DNA of 63,896 bases, counting the filler, from Bonamia ostreae (Eukaryota): NCBI GenBank assembly GCA_040357525.1. It is 55 parts of 55 records of this genome, joined end to end, with 100 filler letters (N's around TTAATTAATTAA, not from the genome) between each part and the next. Parts side by side here need not be neighbours in the genome. Positions count along the whole stretch, not along the records: positions 12,895 to 13,963 come from JBDODL010002816.1; positions 14,064 to 15,132 come from JBDODL010002817.1; positions 15,233 to 16,300 come from JBDODL010002818.1; positions 16,401 to 17,468 come from JBDODL010002819.1; positions 17,569 to 18,634 come from JBDODL010002820.1; positions 18,735 to 19,800 come from JBDODL010002821.1; positions 19,901 to 20,966 come from JBDODL010002822.1; positions 21,067 to 22,132 come from JBDODL010002823.1; 47 more parts are not named here. One strand, 5' to 3'. Below the pieces are notes generated by a model that had not been told where the DNA came from, did no database searches, and saw only the letters and a program-made list of their open reading frames with translations. This document shows, piece by piece, positions 12,945-25,727 of this stretch; positions within the stretch are counted from its first letter, which is position 1; each line of letters starts with the position of its first letter. The position numbers were made by a program, and so were the translations under genes.

Positions 12945-13862
12945 TCAACGGTTAACCCACAGAATAAAGAACACCAACACAGATAAAAAGACCATTGTCA
13001 CCATGTTCGAATTGAAAAAACGGGTGCAATAGCAACTCTTAAGAGAACAATATTTTGCTAATTTGATGCCCTTTTTGGAATAGGGCGGATAACGGATACT
13101 CCAATCGAAACTACCATTATTCGACAAAACGCTTCTTTTGTTGCTAAACAGATCGAAACCGCTTTTCCCGTGATTCTTCCCGAAACCGCTATGGCCGACT
13201 CCGCCAAACGGTAAAGACATCACCGAAGCTTGCAACAAAGTGTCGTTAATCGCGACTCCGCCACTGCTGACACTCTCCAATATTTTCTTTTGCTTCTCCA
13301 CATCAAACGAAAAGACATATAGTGCGAGAGGTTTCTCGAACCTCTTAGCGATTAGAATCGATTGGTCGATGGAGTCCGTTTGAATGACGACCAGAACCGG
13401 TCCGAAGATCTCTTTTTCCATGAAGGGGGAGTTCAGATCTGTGACGATGACGGTCGGTTGTATAAACAGCTTTTCTTCGCAGCACGTTCCGCCGATGACA
13501 ATGTCGCCTTTTTCTCGTTGGAGCATATCTTTTATTCTGTCGAAATGGCGTTTGTTGACGATTCGGCCCAAATCTTTGCATTCACTCCATTTGCGCTCGT
13601 CTTTGCCGTAGAACTTTCGAAGATTTTCGGCCAAGCGCTTGCAGAGTTGCATTGTTTGTTTTTTGTTGACAAGGACGTAATCGGGTGCGACGCAAGCTTG
13701 GCCCATGTTCATCGATTTCCCCCATGCTATTCTCCGCGCAGCCAAAGAGATGTCAGCGTCGTCGCAGACGAAGACGGGGTTTTTGCCGCCCAGTTCCAAT
13801 GTTACAGGAGTGAGATTTTTTGCCGCAGCTGTCATGACTTTTTTAGCTATCTCACTGTTGCC
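12945..13862 (-). CDS. Aldehyde dehydrogenase family 3 (fatty aldehyde dehydrogenase-like), C-terminal exon
   Basis: VTLELGGKNP, GQACVAPDY (catalytic Cys), EIFGPVL, KPLALYVFS, LPFGGVGHSGFG, RYPPY, and a C-terminal hydrophobic tail anchor as in ALDH3A2/HFD1. Confidence 0.95.
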   Translation of the reverse strand, partial: GNSEIAKKVMTAAAKNLTPVTLELGGKNPVFVCDDADISLAARRIAWGKSMNMGQACVAPDYVLVNKKQTMQLCKRLAENLRKFYGKDERKWSECKDLGRIVNKRHFDRIKDMLQREKGDIVIGGTCCEEKLFIQPTVIVTDLNSPFMEKEIFGPVLVVIQTDSIDQSILIAKRFEKPLALYVFSFDVEKQKKILESVSSGGVAINDTLLQASVMSLPFGGVGHSGFGKNHGKSGFDLFSNKRSVLSNNGSFDWSIRYPPYSKKGIKLAKYCSLKSCYCTRFFNSNMVTMVFLSVLVFFILWVNR

Positions 13863-15479
13863 CTTCAAGATGACATAAAAAGTTACGTCGGCGACGCCAA
13901 TTTTTAAATCGAAGATTTTTTAGTTGATTTTATATTTGTGTTTAAAGGACGACGCTTCGTTTTNNNNNNNNNNNNNNNNNNNNNNNNNNNNNNNNNNNNN
14001 NNNNNNNTTAATTAATTAANNNNNNNNNNNNNNNNNNNNNNNNNNNNNNNNNNNNNNNNNNNNACACACACTCATAGAGGTCGCTTCTACTCAGTGGCGA
14101 ATCGCAAGATAAAGAAGGCGAAGTCTTCCTAAGGGAAGTATAGACATGGTAGAATTAGCATGATGAAAACAATCTTAGTAGAATTGTGGCCTACGAGAAG
14201 AGGGGTAAAGGAAAATATCGGGAGAGTTGAAAATACAATTGTACAAACATCATGGATATTTATAGTCGTAGTTCCGTCTGGAATCAATGTTACTAAACTA
14301 GAACGATTCGCTGTACAATTGAAATCATCGTCCTTGTGGTGAAATAATCGTGATGATCGTATCAAATGTTACCTTATCCTGAAGTCGTTCGATGCAATTG
14401 TGAGGATCTTCGATTNNNNNNNNNNAGTCCTCAAAATTGCATTTGGTCGTATTATATCTTACCAATGCTCAACATATCGCGTCTAATCGTGCTCCCATAT
14501 CGTAATGATTGCAATTACTCTTTCACTACATAAACACAACAATATGTTGCGATGTATCCTGATCTGTTCCATCCAGCACTATCTGACTGCAGCCTTTTGT
14601 GGTTGGGGTTTCAGCGAGTGTGACTGTTGCGCGTTTTTTCCACTCTATTAGTATTGCTTCAAAGGTAGTATTCTTATAAACCTCAACGTCTATCATCTTC
14701 AGTGTATGTATGTAGTTCATATTGTTCACTCTTTAGACGTTTAGGAAATAATGAAGTCAATGATCAGTCGAGCTATATATAGCTATACCCGTCGAGCCCC
14801 AATCGTGATCATTTTCGATTCCGATTGTGAGAAAACATCGCGATCACATTGGTATTTCATTGCAACATAGTATGTTAATTCGTGGTTAACGTACATGAAC
14901 ATATCTGCACGTATACAATTGTTCTAATTCGTGGACCTGCATCCCGATGATCTATGAGTTCGATTGCAGAGATGTTCCACGATCAGCTACGAGTGATCAA
15001 TCGATTATTCTGCAACACATCGCACGACGATGAGGAACTAGCAAATATAGTGGATTAGCATATTACAACGATTCATCTACGTTCATGTCATAAAAGAAGC
15101 GAAGTATAAACGTGATATGAACGGTAATAACGNNNNNNNNNNNNNNNNNNNNNNNNNNNNNNNNNNNNNNNNNNNNTTAATTAATTAANNNNNNNNNNNN
15201 NNNNNNNNNNNNNNNNNNNNNNNNNNNNNNNNAAAATTTCATCCCCTAAATCGAGATTAAAATTGTGTCAAACTTTTGATTACTTATATCTCAATATTAA
15301 TATAACAAAGCCGATTTGAAAAACTATCGGCTTATAAAAATATATGAAATATGTGCTGAAAAGTGTTTGCTTATGAAAACATATTTCAAGAATTAGTTGG
15401 ATTCGAAATTTAGATCGGCGTTTATTTGTTGTTTATTGTCTTGAGGCCTGATTTAGTCATTCTACACTGTATGAGGATG

Positions 15480-16190
15480 TTCCTGTTTAATATCCCCTTG
15501 GTAGCCTTTGGTCTATTCGTGTATCCCTACCCTACCCCGGATTATATATTGAACAAATTTAAATCTGCACTACCCAATGATACTTGAAAATGAATGGCTA
15601 ATTAAGGTCTTGCTATCTCAAAGAAGGACCATGTTTTCAAATAGTTTTTCATATACATCCTCTATTAACCTTCTATCCCCTATTTCCATGCCACCTTACT
15701 CGATCGTTTGGGGTAAGATAAAACTCAATTTCAATTACCTAAGGAAACTTACATATTTATATCTCTAACCATGATATTAATGTTCTTAAAAGAGAATCTT
15801 AAAAAGTATGTCCTATTTATCCTCTTGAAAATCTTTGATCCCCTATTTTGCCCTCGTCTTAAAATCCCCTCCCCCGGTGGTGATTTACCACATCTTAATT
15901 TGCAGTAACTGGGGGTGCTTTCAAATAAGTGTCGTCTTCTTGGTACTTGAGAAGAAATTCAAATGACCCTACCAAATTTTCACTATTTGTTAATTATTTC
16001 TTCTGTAATGAAGGTGTGGCTTTTCCTTCGAACAATATTGAATCCTCTTCATATAAGAATGCTATCCTGGAATTTTTATTCTGGGGAATAAGTCGAATAT
16101 GTTAAAAGTTAACAATGGAGGAACGGACGTACGCCAAACAAAGATGATCATATGAGCTCAATTGAGCTTTCAGATGAGTTGAGCTAAAAG
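15480..16190 (+). mobile_element. Decayed oyster-type non-autonomous Helentron/HINE-like element carrying satellite-like monomers
   Basis: gatcccctattttg..ccccgg..gaacaaatttaaatctgcactac monomers and terminal gacg..gatgatca..agctcaattgagctttcag..gagctaaaa; related pieces at about 9090-9281 and 62200-62470. Family assignment is from recall. Confidence 0.55.
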
Positions 16191-16439
16191 TACGGAATCA
16201 TTAACGGAAGGATAATGAACAATATATATTTAAATCTTGATAAATGTCCATTGTTGAATGACGAGGAAAGTAAAGTAGATGAAATTCACATGACTGGTAT
16301 NNNNNNNNNNNNNNNNNNNNNNNNNNNNNNNNNNNNNNNNNNNNTTAATTAATTAANNNNNNNNNNNNNNNNNNNNNNNNNNNNNNNNNNNNNNNNNNNN
16401 CAACGTGTTTGTTAGGACATTCTTTACACACTAATTCTG

Positions 16440-16620
16440 ACTACGTTTACCTGATAAAGATATAGGGTTCACAGCGGTTCTACCCATTTAACAGGGAATG
16501 ATTACTCCTCCTTGGCACTTGGCTTATGTCTGATTGTGGTTTGGGATCCGCGTTTGCCCTTCTCTTGTATTTTGCATAGATTTATGAAATTGGTCATTTT
16601 TCGTTATCGTCACTTTTCAT
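16440..16620 (-). repeat. Copy of an abundant ~180-bp host interspersed repeat
   Basis: Consensus gataacgaacagtgatcaatctcat..gggcaaacacggacccctggatataccagaggtgggatcaggtgcctaggaggagtaagcatcccctg recurs at about 12740-12794, 16950-17105 (-), 17340-17468, 21603-21720, 42005-42045, 52160-52336 and 53280-53435. Confidence 0.85.
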
Positions 16621-18249
16621 GTCACTAGCCAGTTTTGTTTTAAAAACTTAAGATACGCAGTATACGTATTGGGGTATCGAATCAGTTGAATATATCAATA
16701 ATATATGAGGAACTTCGACATTTTTTTTACCCATAAGCCTATACGAATCTAAACGATTTGATACAAATTTACAAATTATGATTGTTTATGATCTGCACTT
16801 AGTTCATGCCAGATAATGAACTTACATGGCATGCTTGTTTTGCAATGTGGCAACTAAACGTGTTGATTTGAATCCAATGGTTGAAAACCATGTTGTAAAG
16901 GAAAATATCTGAAATTCTTATTTTTAAACAAGTTATTAAAATTCACTTCTATGGGGCTCACAGGAGGTGTGCCCAGTTGACAGGGGATGCTAACTATTCT
17001 TAGGCCCTGATCCCATCTCGCGATTTTCCATGGATCTGTTCTTGCCTTACTCCTAGTTTTGAATTATTTATGGAAATAATGATTGCTCATTATCTTCACC
17101 TTTCCTCATATACTATAACACATGACTTTTGATTTTGTTGCTATCATTCAAATACTTTAATTATGGGTCGGCACGAGCCTGCCCATTATATGAAATAACA
17201 TTGGAGATATCACATGAGTTTCTGCGGGACAGATGTCTGTTACTGAAGCGCTCCATCCATAGTATGACGTCTTCGATTTAGAGACTCGTATTTTGTTTTT
17301 GTCAAAGTTTTTTTTCTTATGTATTTATGCTTTGTTAAAAAAACGAACAGTTATCACTCTCTTAAATCCTAAAAGAATTACTTATTAGATAGTTGGGCAA
17401 ACACGTACCGGTGGAAACTCCTGAGGTGGGATAAGGTGCATTGGAGGAGTTAGGTTGCCCTGTTGACCNNNNNNNNNNNNNNNNNNNNNNNNNNNNNNNN
17501 NNNNNNNNNNNNTTAATTAATTAANNNNNNNNNNNNNNNNNNNNNNNNNNNNNNNNNNNNNNNNNNNNCCACTTTTCGCTATTTTCACCTTTTCATGCCT
17601 CAGAAACAAATTAATCGATTCTCATCTAGGTTACTAATGGGGTTCAATCTATTTTCTTTTTCTCATTTTGAAATATATCTTATTTGATATGTTTCATATT
17701 GTATATTTTCTCATCCAGTCCGACCGTGTTCTAAGAAGTATGACAAATAGAGCCTTGATTATTTCAGTGGGATTAGAGCCCCAGAGCTTTTTTCTATCTA
17801 CATAAGATGGTTGAGTCCAAAGATTGCCACCCTGTAGAAAATATCGAGGAGTAAAATTTGAAAATGGCCACCTCGTGATTTGGGTAGGGCTAGGTGTGGT
17901 CAAAAGCGACTTGCTGTTGACTAAATTTTCTCAACATTTCTTTGGGGTTTTATTCCAAGCATAGTTTTGACTTACTTAAACAGAAGACAAGTTTGTTGCA
18001 ACAACAACAAATCGGTTTTTTTGTTTGAAAAATAATGTTCTGCTGTGTTTCAAAATATTTTTCTTTAGACTCCGAAGATTGGTGAGTGTTTGTTCCGCTT
18101 CTTGGCAACGGAAACGCTGAAAGACGTCTTCCCCTGCTCATTTTGTAGTACGTTTGACATTTAATGTACAGTGGATCATTTCTTATTCATAGTGATTTTT
18201 GGTTTTAATTTATCTCGATTGTATTTTGTATATCCCTTAATTTCCTTAA

Positions 18250-18633
18250 CTATAGAGAATGGCACTGTAGAGAAGGAAATAAAGATAAAGAAATATCCGG
18301 ACATTTTGGTGTTGCAACTTGGAATGGTATCAGAGGTATAATTAACATTTAGTAAACTCTTGTACACCGATGTTGATATGTAGCTATTGACCTGTCTATG
18401 AAAGCCTACAGAAATCATTGATCAAACATTTAATGAATTAAGACATATCATCAGCTATACAGACAATAGAATATGGACAAAAATTGGGGTTGTAATGTCC
18501 AATACGACCGATTAATTTGTATTGTATAATGATTATTTTACTGGATATTTTAGAAAACGGATCATTTCGAAAGAGTACATAAAACTCCAAAATTTTGGGA
18601 AGACTTTACTGGACTTGCAAACAATATTCATCA
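18250..18633 (+). pseudogene. Decayed Gypsy/Ginger-type integrase relic
   Basis: Frameshifted fragments WH..SGHFGV (H2C2-like), YTDVDM*LLTC, IWTKIGV and FVLYNDYFTGYF appear in integrase order. Confidence 0.45.
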
Positions 18634-18851
18634 ANNNNNNNNNNNNNNNNNNNNNNNNNNNNNNNNNNNNNNNNNNNNTTAATTAATTAANNNNNNNNNN
18701 NNNNNNNNNNNNNNNNNNNNNNNNNNNNNNNNNNCTAAAAACAATAAAATCGATTTTATTGTTAAAACTGCTTTGAATTTTCTCAATTTATTTACTTAAC
18801 ATTTCAAATCATAAATTTATTCCATTTAAAACAACAAAATCATAAACACTT

Positions 18852-19455
18852 TTACTCATCCGAAAACCCGTCAAACGAAGCGTTCCCGACACCGCCAATT
18901 TGGCACACGCCGCAAACATTATTTTCCCCGCTTTCGACGCCATACAAACTTTTGCAATATCCACAAATCCGCCGCTCTTCAGACGACTCCAACGGAACCA
19001 ACTTTTTCGCATCCAATTCCAATCTTTCTCTTAAATCCATTTTAAGCTTTTCTGCGGACTTTCTGCTATCTTGTACTTCACTCAAAACTTGACTAACCGA
19101 TTCTAATGTTTTCCGAGTCGTTTGGGGGAGTTCAATATCGACTCCGAGTTCCAAACATCGCCTGCAAAGCACCGCAGTGGTTTTGTCGAAGCCGAGAGCT
19201 TTTCCCATATTTACTGCGTATAAAAGTCCTAAGAATGTGTGGATTGGTTTGAGGCCAAGTTGTGTCCAATAACATGACAATTCGAACTTAATTTACAAAT
19301 TTAGTTTTTTTAGTAAAAAAATGAATTGAAAATATTGTGATCAAAAATTTTAGAAAAAAAACTGCTCTCTTTTGGCTCTTGCAATCAGCTCTTTCTTTGC
19401 TACATCTCAGTGCCAAAATGTATTCTCTGCAGAAATTCAAAATTTCATTCGCTTT
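18852..19455 (-). CDS. COPA: Coatomer alpha subunit, C-terminal fragment (protist)
   Basis: KANEILNFCREYILALR..QKRA|FELSCYWTQLGLKPIHTFLGL..KTTAVLCRRCLELG..CGYC..CGVCQIGGVG matches the alpha-COP C-terminus pattern; 76-nt intron at 19287-19362. Confidence 0.85.
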
Positions 19456-19524
19456 CTAAATTGTAAAATTTATTTTTTCGTAATAAAATTTTTTAAAATC
19501 GAATTTCAGAAGATTAATTTTTAT

Positions 19525-19800
19525 AAAACAAAAAATTTATTGTTTTAACATTTCAAAAACAAAAAATTTATTGTTTTAACATTTCAAAAAAACAAAATTC
19601 AGTTTTAACATTTCAAAAACAAAATTTATTGTATTAACATTTCAAAAACAAAATCAAAATTCAGTTTTAACATTTCAAAAACAAAATTTATTGTTTTAAC
19701 ATTTCAAAAACAAAATTTATTGTTTTAACATTTCAAAAACAAAAACAAAATTCAGTTTTAACATTTCAAAAACAAAAAATTTATTGTTTTAACATTTCAA
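19525..19800. repeat. Intronic minisatellite, ~30-bp unit x ~9, in the COPA upstream intron
   Basis: ttttaacatttcaaaaacaaaa(aa)tttattg / ..ttcag variants running to the contig end. Confidence 0.9.
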
Positions 19801-19900
19801 NNNNNNNNNNNNNNNNNNNNNNNNNNNNNNNNNNNNNNNNNNNNTTAATTAATTAANNNNNNNNNNNNNNNNNNNNNNNNNNNNNNNNNNNNNNNNNNNN

Positions 19901-20929
19901 TCTGTCATATGCAGTCTTCGCTTGTTTTCTCTGTTCTTTCCGCACTCTTTCAAAAGTGTCGTAATCTCCTTTATAATATTTTAGTTTTCTGTCCTCGATG
20001 TGGATAATATCTGTACAAACGTCGTTCAAAAATCTTTTACGCATTAAATTAAATTACTTTCTGACATGAGAAACAATGACCAGTGTTTTTTTGTATTCAT
20101 TCAAATAGTTTTTTAGCCATTCTACCGCAGGAAAATCCTTATTTTTTACATTTGTAACAACTTTTTTTAATATAAATCTGTAACATCGTTTTTAATATAA
20201 ATTTGTAACTTCGATTTTAATATAAATTTTTAACTTCGTTTTAATATAAATCTGTAACATTTCATTACACTAAAACAAAATTTCAAATTCTAAAAATTAA
20301 CGAGATGATTTGTAGGTTCGTCCAAGAGCAATAAGTCGGGTTCGGCAAAAAGCGCTAAATGGTAAAATAGAATGAACCGCAAGCCAACGAGACTCTCATC
20401 CTCCAACCTCCAGATAAATTGTTGGTTGGTTCTAATAATAAAAATCAGAAACCGTTCTGAGTTTCGGCGCTGAACTCCAAACCAGAAAGAATCGTCGCCG
20501 CTCTTGTAGTGGCTGAAGCGGCGTCAATGTATTCCAATCTGTCGTAGATTAGTCGGAGCCGTTCATTGATATCTTTTAACGACATTTCTGTTTTCGGACT
20601 TTCGCTGATGCCGCCGGAGATTCTTTTCTGTAAATCGATGAGCGACTTTTCTTCGCTGAGCAGATCTGTGCGCTCTTTGTCGGACAGCAAAACTGTTTCT
20701 AGAACGGTTTTGTCACTCGAGGGCATTTCTTGTTTAATGTGGAGAACGCGGAGGTGATTCGGGATTTCTGGTATTTTGTGGCTTGCTATGGTGCTCAGCA
20801 ATGTTGTTTTTCCGACTGAGTTGTTGTTTTAAAAACATCCGTTTTTGCCTACGAGGCCATATTTTCTTCCGTATGTTAATTGGATATCAGTTTCTGATAA
20901 TAATTCGGTACCTCCGCCAGGTCTAGCCA
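19901..20929 (-). CDS. ABCF3: ABC-F family ATPase (ABCF3/GCN20-like), first ABC domain (protist)
   Basis: [82 protein letters not shown]. Introns 20816-20836 (21), 20432-20452 (21), 20355-20377 (23), 20138-20301 (164, repeat-filled), 20034-20057 (24). Confidence 0.92.
20150..20262. repeat. ~25-bp minisatellite x ~4.5 inside a complete ABCF3 intron
   Basis: ttttaatataaatctgtaacatcg variants between defined donor and acceptor. Confidence 0.85.
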
Positions 20930-22439
20930 CTAATTTTTCGTTTTCAATTGCAAGTTTTTAGATTTTNNNNNNNNNNNNNNNNNNNNNNNNNNNNNNNNNN
21001 NNNNNNNNNNTTAATTAATTAANNNNNNNNNNNNNNNNNNNNNNNNNNNNNNNNNNNNNNNNNNNNGGTTTGGTATCTTCAGAAATGATGAAAGGAAGAT
21101 GATACCTAAAGTGACCCTGACCTCTGACCTTGAACACAACTATCTATATTTGAGATCAATAGAGACAAACTATTATGAAAATCAAATGACTCTTGTGACC
21201 TTGACCTTGATCATAAAACACTTTGAAACTGGGACCTATAGAGACAAGATCTTCAAAAATGATGAAAATATTATGCAATCCAAATTGATTCCATTCAACT
21301 TGACCGTTTACTTTCGTAGAGATATAAATGTAAATAAAGCATGGTCTTTAACGATTGAAAGGCATATTTTTCACTTTATCTTAATGTATCTCGTTGGGAT
21401 AGATTTCGTGGGAGGGAGTTATTAATGTGGGAGGAAATAGTAGTCTACAGAAAAAAGTCCACTTCTATACAACCAGTGCTATCTTTGGGAGACTATGCAA
21501 TCGGTATATCATAATCATATCTTCTTTTCTGCGGATCTGTCTCGATGAAAAGGGGAAGATACTGAATGGTGGGCAGTCGGGAGGCTCGTGGANNNNNNNN
21601 NNGCAAACCCGGACTTCTGGATATATCAGAGGTGAGACCAAGTGCCCAGGAGGGGTATGCATCTCCTGTCGACCGATCACATCCGTAGCGACTTCTATAT
21701 ATTGATGAGGTAAACGGAGATACTGTATTAAAAATGAATGTGCATTTTGTATTCTTTATAGGATTGATCATTGTTCATTAGCTTTGCTTATTCATACATT
21801 TATGTAAGTCGCATTTCTATTTTGAAAAGTGAGAGTTCATAATTTTGTAGCTGACACTCTCAATGACATCTTCCGCAAAAAGGGATCCACGATAAGATTT
21901 AACAACCTCCTACATCGTATCATTGACGAGGTTCCTGAGAAAGAGTTGAATACTTTAAAAAGGTCTATAGGAGGTAATCATTTACAGAATGAAGTATGAA
22001 CATTATATTTATTTTGATGCGGTTTTGGAACCGTTTGTTTAATGGTATCAACTACGAAAAAAATCAAACATTTCATTAGTGATTGACGCACAAATTGATT
22101 TACCAGTATACGAATATAATAATATGTGCTATNNNNNNNNNNNNNNNNNNNNNNNNNNNNNNNNNNNNNNNNNNNNTTAATTAATTAANNNNNNNNNNNN
22201 NNNNNNNNNNNNNNNNNNNNNNNNNNNNNNNNAATCCGCCTACGTGTTCCTCTTCTTCTTTCAGCGGGGCATGATATTAGTTGTGATGTCGGTATCATTG
22301 AAAATGAGGACTTGAAACCACGTATTTTAAAAGTTTTAATCCAGAGAACCTGTGTCCATCAATTGACGACATAACGTCTCTATTATAAATTCCATCGACA
22401 ATTATGACAGACGATGGGCTAAATAGGAGAATGTGTAGC

Positions 22440-23072
22440 AGAATGGCAACGTCAACGTCAAACATGACGCACTGAAAAGCCAAAAATGTTGCACGGAACT
22501 TGGCTTTACTTCAACGCAGACTAACACGAAATTAAAATTGATAGAATTGTTCAGAAAGGTTTCTCTTTCCCTCACATTCAAATGGTTTCGAAAGGACAGT
22601 ACGCCAGGAAAGAGGCCGTCCGACGGTAATAAAAAAAAAACACGTTAAATTTACTGGCTGACACTATTTAGGAAAACAGTTATCGAACAGTACTAGAGAT
22701 TGAAGGAGCTTTTGGAATCAGTAAATCGTCTGTTCGTCGCGTTTTATCGGATAATTCTAGAATGCATAGAGCATCTACACGTTGGGTACACGTGCCTTGG
22801 CTTTTCAAAATGAAACAAAAAGATGTTTTATGATTAAAGGATTTTCACAGAAGCGCGAACACCGGGCGAACATTTTGACGTCGCAAGTTGCGCCACCGAG
22901 TCCTACCTTGCATTTTCTCGAAAAAGCTAATTAAAGTACAAGGTTGAAATTTCGGGTGTTGATCAACAATGATATGATTGGTAATCCATAGCAGTTTTTA
23001 TTAAATCTAATCGATACTTTAAATATGCATGTATATAAGTCCAGTCCACGGAATTTCGGGATAACCCTCGTA
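22440..23072 (+). mobile_element. Internally deleted mariner element with right terminal inverted repeat
   Basis: GISKSSVRRVLSDNSRMHRASTRWV(H)VP resembles the mariner HTH2/WVPRLL region; the end ..gaatttcgggataaccctcgTA reverse-complements to TACGAGGG. Confidence 0.7.
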
Positions 23073-23899
23073 GTGTTTGATTTTAATTATATTGTGATCT
23101 CTTGAAATATATATATCAAGTAATTAATGATTCGTTGCCTTCAGATATTCAAACATATTAGGTAATCGGTTTTTCCTTCATTTTAGGCTTTTGAAAATCT
23201 TCAGCAAAATGTGGATGACTTTCTTGAAGAAACGACAAAAGCTCTCCATGGATACATACATAGCCCAGAGTTCAAAGCAGAGATTTTACAAGGCGTTNNN
23301 NNNNNNNNNNNNNNNNNNNNNNNNNNNNNNNNNNNNNNNNNTTAATTAATTAANNNNNNNNNNNNNNNNNNNNNNNNNNNNNNNNNNNNNNNNNNNNTCC
23401 CCCGACCTACGACAGACCTTCTTCTGCCAGCCCTCTCGACCCCTACCCCGTTGTTCTTGTCTTTGTATGTGCTTTTTACTCTTTTCTTGTTTTATTTCTT
23501 CTGAATTTGTCCCTAAAATCTACTCACTGGTTTTACCCAATTAAATATTCACTTTGAACAAGATAATGATTTCATGACAATTTTGAAACAAAACTAGGGC
23601 TATGCTGATTGGTGTGATTTGTACAAATCGTTATGATTGAACATTCCGGTTGTTCAAATTTATCAGATCTTGAACGTATACAGGCGATATTCAATACAGT
23701 ATTTTGAATACAGTTAGTAACAACTTTTACTGAGTTCGGTATTCCGATGTAGAGATTAGCACGTGGTGTATGGGATCATGCTTTTTATTCCTTGATCTTT
23801 TTTACCTCAGTGTTTTGATTCTTTGTAGTCTGGATAGGGAGCTTGCGCTCGATCTGTATGGGGGTGCATTTCCATAATACAATCTACGGTTGTTGTTTT

Positions 23900-24430
23900 T
23901 TTTGCAAACACGTGTTGTAAAAGTTGATATATGCGATCTACGTTTAGCAGTTGGTAAAGACCTTGCCTTAAAATTGCACTTATTTGGTCATCCACACTTA
24001 GAGATCGATCGAAAAATAAGGTCTTTTACATGAGACTATGCTTGATTACTTGACTGTCAAAATGTGATCTAAGGGAAACTGGGTTTTTTCTGCGCAGAGT
24101 TGATATGTTCCATACTGTCATGATTTTCATGTTTTCATCCCTGTGTTGACATCAGACAACACGTATCCTGCCAAGTTGTCGCGGAATCCAAGATCGTTAA
24201 AGCTGTTGGTTTAATAATTATGTACACTTGGTTGTCAGTAGAGCTTAAACCTTATTTCAGACCCTTATGGAACTCCGAATTCCAGACGAATATAAAACAA
24301 CAAAGATGACTTGACAGATGACTTAACCACATTTTGTTAATATATATCGCCCAGATAAGACTCTGTCCAATGTAGTGCATCACCGAAGATCACACAGGAA
24401 AATCCAAGGCGATTAGCGAAAATATCAGGG
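23900..24430 (-). pseudogene. Decayed L2/CR1-clade LINE reverse transcriptase
   Basis: Fragments DALHWTESYL, LEFGVP*GS (GVPQGS), VVSDVN and FDRSLSVDDQISAILRQGLYQL with stops and frameshifts. Confidence 0.6.
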
Positions 24431-24562
24431 TTATCCTCCTTCAATTTGACATTTAGATATATNNNNNNNNNNNNNNNNNNNNNNNNNNNNNNNNNNNNNN
24501 NNNNNNTTAATTAATTAANNNNNNNNNNNNNNNNNNNNNNNNNNNNNNNNNNNNNNNNNNNN

Positions 24563-24639
24563 GTTATTACAGAAGGTCCCTGACGTACAGTGTCCGCATG
24601 TTTCAGGACAACCCAGTCCGTAAAACCCGTCTCTACACA
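24563..24639 (-). CDS. Animal exon, multiple-EGF-like (MEGF10/scavenger-type) repeat
   Basis: ctag acceptor followed by CRDGFYGLGCPETCGHCTSGTFCNN. Confidence 0.8.
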
Positions 24640-25727
24640 CTAGATTATATAAACGATAAATATTAAGGAGATTTGTCCTTAAATTGTACACATAGTTTCT
24701 ATATATAGCTGAAGACATAAACATACAAAAAAAGGTGTAATTTTGTGTTTAAAGAAACCGAGCGTGCTTCTTTCATACAAGATATAGCACCTTCACAATG
24801 GTTATTTTCAAACATAATCAACGCTAGTTCAGCATTTTGTCGATTACTCTTTTGCAGCAAACTAGAGCTAATCGAATTTAACAGATTTATTAGATTGGTT
24901 TTAATATGTTGTATCATCAATCTCTTCAATATGGCAGTCATATATATTGTTTTTGTAATTCTATGATATGTACGTTATGCATGATGCATTTCCCTCAGTA
25001 ATATACTATAACGCATACTCTTTGCCCTCAATTAACTAATGTCCCAAGGCTTGAAATAATACATCTAACACCAACATTGAAAGATTCCTTGAACTCCAGA
25101 AATGGGCTGCTAAAAATATGCTTGACACAGCAACTGATAATCTATCAAACCCTCGTTTGAAAAGTTGGGAGGGTTAAATATATTTGAATCAATTATATTA
25201 CATCATTGTATGATATTGTTCAAAATGTGTAATGTATCAGCCCCGAATATATGTGTTTTACGAACTCATGATTCTATTTTCATTAAAATATAATCTTCAT
25301 TTACCAAAACATCGAAAAATCTGATTCGAAAACGCATTTTAATACTCAGGCGCACACATACGGGAATAAGCCACCATTAAAAAATCAAATTATCACCAGA
25401 AGAAACGCTATAAAATCCATGCTTAGCTCTCGTTAGTTTTAAAGTTATGTTCTTATCAATAGCCACATGTCTATGTGTGTGAATACAAATGTATATATTT
25501 CCCTATTGTACTACATGCATCTCTTCCATTCCATGGCTATCGAGCTTCCTATTTCTTTTAAATACCGCTGTGTTATATATTGTATATGCTCACGGAATTC
25601 ATCATTTTATCCTTATCTTTGATTATANNNNNNNNNNNNNNNNNNNNNNNNNNNNNNNNNNNNNNNNNNNNTTAATTAATTAANNNNNNNNNNNNNNNNN
25701 NNNNNNNNNNNNNNNNNNNNNNNNNNN

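Noticed and set aside
14064-15132. Compositionally odd contig; one frame looks protein-like if TAG encodes Gln (EVFLREV*TW*N*HDENN), hinting at a ciliate-type code
   Set aside because: Only about 55 codons with no recognisable homology, so there is no support. The identified protist genes use TAA and TGA as normal stops.
12945-20929. Apparent clustering of ALDH, COPA and ABCF as a gene neighbourhood
   Set aside because: They are on separate contigs ordered only by length.
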